Source: Bdellovibrionia bacterium
GTDB taxonomy: Bacteria; Bdellovibrionota; UBA1018
Direction: 5' to 3'
Assembly: GCA_045805065.1 (NCBI GenBank)
Contig: JBJMMA010000157.1
Span: 1 to 15,646, forward strand
DNA length: 15,646 nt
Position 1 is the first letter of the stretch. Each line of letters opens with the position of its first letter. Under the pieces are notes generated by a model, which worked only from the letters and a program-made list of their open reading frames with translations, made no database searches and had not been told where the DNA came from. Below are positions 8,253-15,591 of this stretch, in pieces. A program made the position numbers and the translations under genes.

Positions 8253-9179
8253 TTAGCCGATTGAGACACCCAGTGCTACGGTTCCAACAAAGAGATTGCC
8301 ACCTGGGGTGAACGTGTAGTCCGGTCTCAAGCCCAGGGTAACTCCACGAGCCAGTCCGATGTCAAGGTCACCACCGACGTTTGGATAAACTCTCCAGATT
8401 TGGCTGGTTGTCGCGGTCGAAGGACCGACGTTCATCGAAACGCCTTCCGAGCGGTAAAGCACGTTTCCACCGCCACGTGCTGACAAACGAACCGCATCAC
8501 CCATGTTCACGCCAACCTTCAAGTTGGCAGGAATGATCAGCATGTTCGCGCCAGGGCTGTTCACGACGGAAGATGGACTAGAGCCCCAGAAGTCTGAAGT
8601 GGCTGAACCTAAGTGGGAGAAAAGACCACCCGTCGATAATCCAACGAACGCGGTTGGATTGTCAGTGAATGCACCTGCGAAGTTCCAATCTGCGGTCAAG
8701 CCGTAGATCGCGCGAGTCGTCGTTGCATCAGTGGTATCGTGATAAACGATTGCACCTGCGTTTGGACGAAGAGCGAAAACTTCGTTGCGAAGTGTGTTGG
8801 GCTCACGAACCTCAGCCTGAGCCATGGTCGTCGGAGTCCCACCCTGCATGTTGGTCTCAGCAGTACCTGCTTGCGATGGATTCCAATTGGACCAGGCTCC
8901 GTTTTCGCCTGCCTGTTGTTGATTTGTTGGTACCTGAGTCTGAGCCTGAGTTTGCTCTTGAGCAGGGATTTTTCCCGCTGCCATTGCTTCCTCAGGAGTT
9001 TGCTGCTGCTTGACCTGTGGCTTGCCCACAGTCTCGATCCTGACTTGTCCTTCCTGTGGCACTTCTTGGACATCACTTTGGGCATCATCCTGTGCCCAGA
9101 CAGGCGTTGGCAAAGCAACGCTCATCGTTGCCGCAGCAAGAATTCCTGTTGTGTAGAGTTTATGTGTGATCCTGCGCAT
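8253..9179 (-). CDS. Secreted protein: Gln-rich N-terminal region plus putative 8-stranded outer-membrane beta-barrel
   Basis: AAGGAG lies 7 nt before ATG 9179. Signal peptide ends VWA-Q. About eight alternating amphipathic strands in the C-terminal half. The fold is inferred by eye. Confidence 0.7.
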   Translation of the reverse strand: MRRITHKLYTTGILAAATMSVALPTPVWAQDDAQSDVQEVPQEGQVRIETVGKPQVKQQQTPEEAMAAGKIPAQEQTQAQTQVPTNQQQAGENGAWSNWNPSQAGTAETNMQGGTPTTMAQAEVREPNTLRNEVFALRPNAGAIVYHDTTDATTTRAIYGLTADWNFAGAFTDNPTAFVGLSTGGLFSHLGSATSDFWGSSPSSVVNSPGANMLIIPANLKVGVNMGDAVRLSARGGGNVLYRSEGVSMNVGPSTATTSQIWRVYPNVGGDLDIGLARGVTLGLRPDYTFTPGGNLFVGTVALGVSIG

Positions 9180-9211
9180 ATTCATTCTCCTTCACTATGC
9201 ACAAGGGCGAC

Positions 9212-9228
9212 TGCATTCGCTGTTCCAG
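9212..9228 (-). promoter_or_regulatory. Candidate sigma54 (-24/-12) promoter
   Basis: Minus strand CTGGAACAGCGAATGCA is GG-N10-GC, with 3 mismatches to YTGGCACGRNNNTTGCW. It lies intergenically just upstream of the SD of the beta-barrel gene. Confidence 0.45.
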
Positions 9229-9288
9229 CGCGGAGAGCTTAACTCAACGAAGCATCAGTGAAGAAAAATGAAGCGCGGGTAATAACAA

Positions 9289-10659
9289 TCAGTGACTAAC
9301 GCTCTGGGACTTGGGTCTCGCGTTCCAAAGGCAAGCCATGAGAATCATTCCGATTGCCGCAAAGCCAATCATGCTTGGGCCCCATGCAGTCCATCCAAAC
9401 TTCTCAAGCAGCCAGCCCATACCGATGCCGACAACCGAGCCGCCAATGTATTGCATTCCATCGAAAAGCCCGGCTGCAGTAGCGGCCGCCTTTTTGCCGC
9501 CGAAGTCCATCGAGGACGTACCGGACAACATAGAGTGGACGATACTGATAGCAAACGAGTTGAGAACGAAAGCCGCAATCACCCAGTTAATGGATGGCGC
9601 TCTCCAGACAACTGCCAAGCAGATGATCTGAATCGCATAGCCAACACAAGCGACCGGAGGGCGACGACCTTTGAACATCCAGTCGGACATGTAACCAGCA
9701 GCAAAAGCGCCACCAATACCCGCAACCACAACCATCATCGCGCCGCTTTTGAAAATCGAAGAATCGAGCGGAAGCTTCTGAGCCTCAGTCATGTAGCGTG
9801 GGAACCACTGCTCAAATCCGTGACGAACAAGTCCGGTGCAGAACTCAGCTGCCGCAATTGTCAAAGTCACAGGATTGGTGAAAACCTTCTTCAGAACATA
9901 TTTCACGCTGACGGCTTCAGTGTCCCCGCTCGATGCGTCTTGAACATCCAGCGTAGGCAAGCCGCAGTCTTCAGGGCTGTTCTGAACATTTCTGTAAGTG
10001 AGCGCCGCCATCAGGGCAACAATCATGGATGGCACAAAGAACATCCACTGCCATGGAAGCGCGATCACCAGAATTGGGCCAATCGCGTAGACCAGGGTTC
10101 TACCCATCTGAATCATGGCACCGAAGATTGCGGAGAAAACGCCGCGCTCTTTCACATGGAACCAGCCCGCGTTCACCTTGATCAAAGAAAGCGCGCTGTA
10201 CGATTGGAAGAATGAATTGAACGCCCAAACCGTGGAAAAATATCCGATGAGCCAGGTGCCCGTTCCAATCACGCCCAGGTATGCACCCATTCCGAAGAGA
10301 AGATTGAAAACCACCGTTCCGGTCGCGCCAATGAGCATGGAGCGGCGGCCACCGATGCGATCAGAGATCGGGCCGTTGAAAATCGCGGAAAGGCCATAAA
10401 TCAGAAGACCTGACGAGATGATCGTTCCAATCTGCGTCTTGTCCCAGCCGTAAGTCTTGGAGAGCGAGGCGTTCACGAAAGAAAGATTGTAGCGGCCCAT
10501 GTACATGGCCGAATAAGTCAGTCCCAGCGTCAGCCAGTTCATCGCGCGTCTGCGGCGAAACTCTTCAGAGTGAACAGGAAGTCCGTTTGGGCCAATTGCC
10601 ACTTGAGATGCGGAAGATGCGGCGGCTTTATTTTCAATCGTCGTCGATACCTCTGACAT
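9289..10659 (-). CDS. MFS transporter, organophosphate:phosphate antiporter (GlpT/UhpT-like) family
   Basis: About 12 TMs. YSAMYMGRYNLS, GPISDRIGGR, WFHVKERG, GYMSDWMFKGRR and AATAAGLFDGMQYIG. SD AAGGAG 5 nt before the ATG. Confidence 0.88.
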   Translation of the reverse strand: MSEVSTTIENKAAASSASQVAIGPNGLPVHSEEFRRRRAMNWLTLGLTYSAMYMGRYNLSFVNASLSKTYGWDKTQIGTIISSGLLIYGLSAIFNGPISDRIGGRRSMLIGATGTVVFNLLFGMGAYLGVIGTGTWLIGYFSTVWAFNSFFQSYSALSLIKVNAGWFHVKERGVFSAIFGAMIQMGRTLVYAIGPILVIALPWQWMFFVPSMIVALMAALTYRNVQNSPEDCGLPTLDVQDASSGDTEAVSVKYVLKKVFTNPVTLTIAAAEFCTGLVRHGFEQWFPRYMTEAQKLPLDSSIFKSGAMMVVVAGIGGAFAAGYMSDWMFKGRRPPVACVGYAIQIICLAVVWRAPSINWVIAAFVLNSFAISIVHSMLSGTSSMDFGGKKAAATAAGLFDGMQYIGGSVVGIGMGWLLEKFGWTAWGPSMIGFAAIGMILMACLWNARPKSQSVSH

Positions 10660-10673
10660 GTGAACTCCTTAAA

Positions 10674-11891
10674 CTAAACTTCTGTTTTCATTTCCCGGAT
10701 GCGAGACTTTTGAATGAAAAGCGCCCGCTTTCCGTGAATAAACTCGATCAACTCGCTTCCGATCAATCGCGCTGCCTCATCCGTCAGAATGCTGAAACGG
10801 ACCAGGTCTTCAGGACCGGTGATAGGATTTCTGAGAAGCGGCAAAAGCTGCGCCGTCGTCATCAGATGCTTGGCAGCGATCCGATGCCGATCCGCAAGGA
10901 TACCGACGTAACATTTGATCAGATCGAGAACCTGCGACTCCTCGCCCGACGGAGGCTCAACACGCTCACGAGTCGGCGCTGCGACTTCCGCGGTTTCTGC
11001 CCGACGGAGAGCATTCAAAATCGTCTCGCCGCTGTTCTTGAGCTCACCTTTGTTCAAGCCACGAAAGCTTGAGAGGTGCTCGATGTCTTTCGGGCGAACA
11101 TGAGCAAGATCCATGAGAACTGCATCATCTGCCACCCAACGGCGCGGAAGGTTCAACTGACGAACGCGCTCTTCGCGCCATTTCACGAGCTCCAAAAGCG
11201 CTGCGTAGCCACGACGATCCAGTCTGCCGCCGCGAGCCAGGCGCTGAGCCATACCTTCAATATCGACTTCGTAGAGGTCTTTCTTTTCCCACTTTGATGA
11301 GAGCTGCATCGCCCAGTCTTTGCGTCCCATCTGGTCCACTTGCTGAAGAAGCTTTCCGCCCAGCTCAACCAGATACTCAACGTCAGAGTGAGCATATTCC
11401 AGAAGCTGGGTTGGAAGCGGGCGCACCGACCAGTTGGTGCGGGCATGACCTTTTGAAATCGTGACATCGAGAACTGACTTGAGAAGCTTTCCAAGTCCAA
11501 TGGCTTCGCCAAGACCGCAAAGCGAGGCTCCCACCGACGTATCAAAGCAAGGGGAAGCGACGACACCATAACTGGTATAGAGGCACTCCTGATCGCCTTG
11601 CGCGGCGTGCACGATCTTCAAGATATTACGGTTTTCGAAAACATCCAGAAGCGGCTTGATCGCAGGATTGAATCCACCTTGCGGCCCCGCGCGGAAACCT
11701 TTCTTGAAAGCAGCCGCATCGACAAGCCAGGACTCTTCGTCCGTTGCGACCTGGATGATCTCAACAATCGGATAGAATGTGTTTTCGCGAATGAACTCAG
11801 TATCAAAAGCGATAACTGATTTCTCAGAGAGCTTGGATGCAAGCTCCGCAATTTCTTCCGCTGTGGTCAGTAAATTAAAATTCTTTTTCAT
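10674..11891 (-). CDS. rnd: Ribonuclease D (DEDDy 3'-5' exonuclease with HRDC domains)
   Basis: IAFDTEFIRENTFYP, HAAQGD, TNWSVRPL..LLEYAHSDV, and HRDC motif WREERVRQLNLPRRWV. Confidence 0.93.
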   Translation of the reverse strand: MKKNFNLLTTAEEIAELASKLSEKSVIAFDTEFIRENTFYPIVEIIQVATDEESWLVDAAAFKKGFRAGPQGGFNPAIKPLLDVFENRNILKIVHAAQGDQECLYTSYGVVASPCFDTSVGASLCGLGEAIGLGKLLKSVLDVTISKGHARTNWSVRPLPTQLLEYAHSDVEYLVELGGKLLQQVDQMGRKDWAMQLSSKWEKKDLYEVDIEGMAQRLARGGRLDRRGYAALLELVKWREERVRQLNLPRRWVADDAVLMDLAHVRPKDIEHLSSFRGLNKGELKNSGETILNALRRAETAEVAAPTRERVEPPSGEESQVLDLIKCYVGILADRHRIAAKHLMTTAQLLPLLRNPITGPEDLVRFSILTDEAARLIGSELIEFIHGKRALFIQKSRIREMKTEV

Positions 11892-11948
11892 GGCTACTGC
11901 ACTGGGTACTGCTTACTAAACTGCAATCTCCCGGGTGCAGCTGCCCGC

Positions 11949-12488
11949 TTAACGATGACGGCGGCGTTGACCTTGATCTGGTCTGTGGCCTTGGTCTGGT
12001 CCGATGCCGTACATTACATTGTCTATCGTAAGATATCCATGCTCGTGTCCGCCACCATTAGGATTTTGGTGCACCCAGTGGACGATTCCGCCCGCTGGGG
12101 ACGGAGGATATGGGCCGGTTTGGGCAATGGACTTGATAAAATCGCCGCAAGCGTGGACCTGCTGACCCTTTTGAATCGTCGGGAGCGCTCCGAAATCGTT
12201 GTTATAAACGACTTCAAGAACGTCGGTACGAGGATTTGGGCCAATCTGGATGATGAAGTGGTCGTGGCCGTTACGGTCCGGGAAAATCCCCAGGACGACA
12301 CCTTCAACGTTTGCGCGGGCTTTGAAAGCATTTGGGAAGGAAGGGTTCACCTTCCAGGCAATAACCTGCTGGTTATTGATCGGCATGACCTGACTGCGGT
12401 CCATGCAGGCTGAGTTGAAAGCGAATGCTGGCATTGCCAGAATAGACAGGAAACCCGCCAGACCCAAGACGCGATACAAAGCTTGCAT
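11949..12488 (-). CDS. Secreted DUF3465-like protein, paralog 1
   Basis: Start moved to ATG 12488 (SD GGGGAG upstream). Signal peptide ends AFA. C-terminal IVHWVHQNPNGGGHEHGYL resembles the DUF3465 motif. Confidence 0.75.
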   Translation of the reverse strand: MQALYRVLGLAGFLSILAMPAFAFNSACMDRSQVMPINNQQVIAWKVNPSFPNAFKARANVEGVVLGIFPDRNGHDHFIIQIGPNPRTDVLEVVYNNDFGALPTIQKGQQVHACGDFIKSIAQTGPYPPSPAGGIVHWVHQNPNGGGHEHGYLTIDNVMYGIGPDQGHRPDQGQRRRHR

Positions 12489-12522
12489 AGGATTCACTCC
12501 CCTTACTTGTTGGATGCGCTTG

Positions 12523-12551
12523 CAACTACCTCGGTGCATATCAATATGCAA
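12523..12551 (-). promoter_or_regulatory. Promoter-like element of paralog 1, overlapped by a 16-bp palindrome
   Basis: Minus strand TTGCAT-N17-TAGTTG. Palindrome TGCATAT-CA-ATATGCA at 12535-12550. The block is conserved upstream of paralog 2. Confidence 0.45.
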
Positions 12552-12634
12552 GAAGAGAATAGAAAGCCAAGCGCACTCGACGTTAACAGCTTGATCCCGA
12601 AGGAAAATCTACCATTGACCCAGTCAGTCTGCGC

Positions 12635-13177
12635 TCAGTGACGGCGACGACGATCACCAGGGCCCGTGCCTCTGTCTGGTCCGATGCCGTACATGACATT
12701 GTCCAAGATCAGATAGCCATTCTCGTGAGAACCGCCTCTGGAATTGAGGTGCACCCAGTGAACGATTGCGCCTGCAGGAGATGGCGCAAATCCGCCATTT
12801 TGTTCCGTCGACTTGATGAAGTCGCCACAGGCATGAGCCTGCATGCCTTTTTGAATCGGAGGAAGATCGCCGAAGTCCTGGCTGTAAACGACTTCAAGAA
12901 CGTCGGTGCGAGGGTTTGGGCCGATTTGAATGATGAAATGGTTATGTCCGCTATGGTCCGGGAAAATCCCGAGGACAACGCCTTCAACGTTTGCGCGGGC
13001 CAGGAAGCCACTGCGAACGCCGGGATTCAACTTCCAGGCAATGACCTGCTGATTATTGATTGGCATGACCTGGTTTCCAGCCATGCAGGCCGTATTGAGT
13101 GCCAAGGCCGGCGAAGCGAAAACCGTGAGAAGAGCTGCCAAGATACCAAACTGAACGCGATGAAAAATCGATTGCAT
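12635..13177 (-). CDS. Secreted DUF3465-like protein, paralog 2
   Basis: Signal peptide ends ALA. About 75% identical to paralog 1 over 144 mature residues (manual ungapped count 108/144). Confidence 0.78.
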   Translation of the reverse strand: MQSIFHRVQFGILAALLTVFASPALALNTACMAGNQVMPINNQQVIAWKLNPGVRSGFLARANVEGVVLGIFPDHSGHNHFIIQIGPNPRTDVLEVVYSQDFGDLPPIQKGMQAHACGDFIKSTEQNGGFAPSPAGAIVHWVHLNSRGGSHENGYLILDNVMYGIGPDRGTGPGDRRRRH

Positions 13178-13210
13178 GGATACTAACCCCCGTTGTTGGT
13201 GAACGAGCAG

Positions 13211-13239
13211 CTAGTATCCCGATGAATAATAACATGCAA
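13211..13239 (-). promoter_or_regulatory. Promoter-like element of paralog 2
   Basis: Minus strand TTGCAT-N17-TACTAG, homologous to the element upstream of paralog 1. Confidence 0.45.
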
Positions 13240-13254
13240 GATGAGAATAATAAC
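13224..13254. repeat. Perfect 10-bp direct repeat with a 21-bp period
   Basis: GAATAATAAC at 13224-13233 and 13245-13254. Confidence 0.85.
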
Positions 13255-13713
13255 TTAGGCGATTTTTGCAGCAGTACCCAAGTCATTTTGTACGATGATG
13301 ACCCTGACTCGAACCTGAGCTTTAGGGCCTGAGAGAAAGAAATCCCTCAGCGCGGTCTCTTCTGCGAAGATTTTAAAGGCATATTCCGCAATGACTTTTG
13401 CAGCTTCCTTCTCATCCTCTTGGAATTGCTCAATCCGGATGCGCGATTTCAGCCATTGCACGCCGTATTTCTGGATCTCAGCCTTTAAAAAAGGCTTTGA
13501 GAGAAGATCTTCCACGTAGTCCGAAAACTCGTTGTCCTCGAGCTTCTGCTTTTCCCGATGCGTACGGACTCTCCCCAGGGGATCCGTCTCCCCAAGCTGA
13601 ACCGATTGCTCGAGAAGCTGGATTTCGTGGCTATCCGAAATCGTCTCCAGCAAAACTGGCGTTCCGTTCTTCATCTCAACTGCGAGTGCAATGGTGGGTG
13701 CTCTCATAATCAT
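13255..13713 (-). CDS. Hypothetical acidic cytoplasmic protein
   Basis: 152 aa (or 150 from ATG 13707) with protein-like composition, filling the gap between paralog 2 and prfC. No family recognised. Confidence 0.72.
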   Translation of the reverse strand: MIMRAPTIALAVEMKNGTPVLLETISDSHEIQLLEQSVQLGETDPLGRVRTHREKQKLEDNEFSDYVEDLLSKPFLKAEIQKYGVQWLKSRIRIEQFQEDEKEAAKVIAEYAFKIFAEETALRDFFLSGPKAQVRVRVIIVQNDLGTAAKIA

Positions 13714-13902
13714 TTGCTCTTCTTAATAGACTCTTCGGCGTCAGGACCTTGTCGGCTAAGGCGTTTAACAAACCGGTCCCACGGGGACATGCTCCTTCTA
13801 AGACACACCCCCTTCCCTATTCCCCAAGTACTCAAAAGCCTTAGGAGAAGAGGCAGGTATCTTCTATGGAATTTAAGTGGGGTTTGGGGCATAACTCCCA
13901 CC

Positions 13903-15591
13903 ATGTCAGCATTAGAAGCCGCGCTTAAAAAAGAAGCCGCCCGCCGGCGGACCTTCGCGATTATTTCTCATCCGGACGCCGGTAAAACGACGCTTACGGA
14001 AAAGCTCCTCTTATACGGTGGAGCGATTCACCTGGCCGGTGCCGTTCGCGCCAAGGCCAATCAGCGCAATACAACGTCTGACTGGATGGAAATTGAAAAG
14101 CAGCGCGGGATCTCGATCAGCTCTTCTGTTCTACAATTTGAGTATAAAGGATCACAGATCAACCTGCTCGATACGCCGGGCCACAAAGACTTCTCTGAAG
14201 ATACCTATCGTACGCTGACCGCAGCCGATGCTGCTGTGATGTTGATCGACGCCGCTAAAGGTGTTGAGCCTCAGACGCGTAAGCTGTTCGAAGTCTGCCG
14301 CATGCGTGGCATTCCGATTTTTACTTTCATGAACAAGCTCGACCGTCCATCTCTCGATCCACTCGATCTTTTGAACGAGCTTGAGAATGTTCTTGGCATT
14401 CGCTCTTGCCCAATGACTTGGCCTCTTGGGACGGGTGATCGCTTCCGTGGCGTATTCGACCGTAACAGCCAGGAAGTTCTTCTGTACCAAACCGAAGGTG
14501 AAGCCAACGTCAAAGGACGCCTGGCTCCTCGCAAAGTCACAGGCGTCGATGACCCAAGCTTTCTTGCGATGCTCGGCGGTCCTCGTAACGACATGGAAGA
14601 AGCGAAAGAAATTTTCGATCAATTCAAAGCCGAGCTCGAGCTTGTTGACGTGGCCGGAGATCCATTTAATTTAGATGCAGTCTTGGCTGGAAAGCTCACT
14701 CCTGTGTTTTTTGGCTCTGCCATGAACAACTTCGGAGTGGAGCGTTTCTTGGAGCGCTTTATCGAAATTGCGCCTCCTCCAACCGCTCGCAAAGCAGTGC
14801 CAGTTGCGCAGTCCTCAAAAGCTCCAGCAGCGGATCCACAACCAGTCGACCCAACGCAGGAAAAATTCTCAGGCTTCATCTTTAAGATCCAAGCCAATAT
14901 GGATCCTGCGCACCGCGACCGCGTGGCGTTCATGCGCGTTTGCTCCGGCAAGTTCACCCGCAACATGATCGTCAAGCACGCACGCCTTGGAAAAGACGTG
15001 AAGCTTGCGCGCCCTCTCCACTTCTTTGCGCAAGAGCGCGTGGTGATCGAGGAAGCCTGGCCAGGAGATATCGTGGGCATGCTCGACACAAGCGGTGAGC
15101 TTCGTATCGGCGACACGCTTTGTGAAGGACCACGCATTGAATATGAAGGCGTTCCACGGTTCTCGCCTGAGCACTTTGCAAGCATTCAGATCCTCGATCC
15201 GATGAAGCGAAAACAGCTCAAAAAAGGCCTCGATCAATTGGCCGAAGAAGGCGTTGTGCAGGTCTATAAGCAACGCGGCTTAGGGGATAAGGATCCGATC
15301 CTTGCCGCAGTCGGTGCCCTTCAGTTTGAAGTTCTTCAGCATCGCCTGAAAGCCGAATACACGGTCGACACCCGTATTGAGCGTCTTGGATTTATCCACG
15401 CGCGCTGGGTTGCAGGCACTGGCTTTGATGCCGACTACTTTGAGCGTCGTGAAGACTCGCGCTGTCTCGAAGATCGCGACGGTCAACTCGTCGTGCTCTT
15501 CAAATCAGACTGGGGTCTTCGTTGGGCGGAAGAGAACTACAAGACCGTTCAGTTCCTCAAGACCGCTCCCATGGTTCGCGGCGTCGACTAA
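13903..15591 (+). CDS. prfC: Peptide chain release factor 3
   Basis: Start moved to ATG 13903 (562 aa). RRRTFAIISHPDAGKTTLTEKLLLYGGAI, DTPGHKDFSEDTYR, NKLD and FKIQANMDPAHRDRVAF are RF3 signatures. Confidence 0.98.
   Translation: MSALEAALKKEAARRRTFAIISHPDAGKTTLTEKLLLYGGAIHLAGAVRAKANQRNTTSDWMEIEKQRGISISSSVLQFEYKGSQINLLDTPGHKDFSEDTYRTLTAADAAVMLIDAAKGVEPQTRKLFEVCRMRGIPIFTFMNKLDRPSLDPLDLLNELENVLGIRSCPMTWPLGTGDRFRGVFDRNSQEVLLYQTEGEANVKGRLAPRKVTGVDDPSFLAMLGGPRNDMEEAKEIFDQFKAELELVDVAGDPFNLDAVLAGKLTPVFFGSAMNNFGVERFLERFIEIAPPPTARKAVPVAQSSKAPAADPQPVDPTQEKFSGFIFKIQANMDPAHRDRVAFMRVCSGKFTRNMIVKHARLGKDVKLARPLHFFAQERVVIEEAWPGDIVGMLDTSGELRIGDTLCEGPRIEYEGVPRFSPEHFASIQILDPMKRKQLKKGLDQLAEEGVVQVYKQRGLGDKDPILAAVGALQFEVLQHRLKAEYTVDTRIERLGFIHARWVAGTGFDADYFERREDSRCLEDRDGQLVVLFKSDWGLRWAEENYKTVQFLKTAPMVRGVD

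Noticed and set aside
8930..9012. Short TGAG/TGC nucleotide repeats
   Set aside because: Explained by Gln-rich codons of the beta-barrel protein's N-terminal arm.
9292..10215. 307-aa antisense ORF inside the MFS gene
   Set aside because: It is an in-register shadow of a hydrophobic gene, with no recognisable motifs.
12489..12551. Longer start for DUF3465-like paralog 1
   Set aside because: The SD, the signal peptide and alignment with paralog 2 all support ATG 12488.
11955..13186. Two similar antisense ORFs (152 and 182 aa) opposite the tandem paralogs
   Set aside because: Their similarity follows directly from the sense-strand duplication.
13732..13775. Sigma28/FliA-like GCCGAAGA and GCCGACAA boxes on the minus strand upstream of the orphan
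   Set aside because: There is no TAAA at the required 15-nt spacing (TAGC and CGGT instead), so the match is too weak.
13558..13902. 115-aa N-terminal extension of RF3 in the ORF track
   Set aside because: It overlaps the divergent gene and is not RF3-like. Homology starts just after ATG 13903.
13714..13902. Riboswitch or sRNA in the longest intergenic region
   Set aside because: Only short hairpins (e.g. GTCCC-ACG-GGGAC, and GTGGG...CCCAC before prfC) with no recognisable aptamer motif. An Rfam/Infernal scan would be needed.
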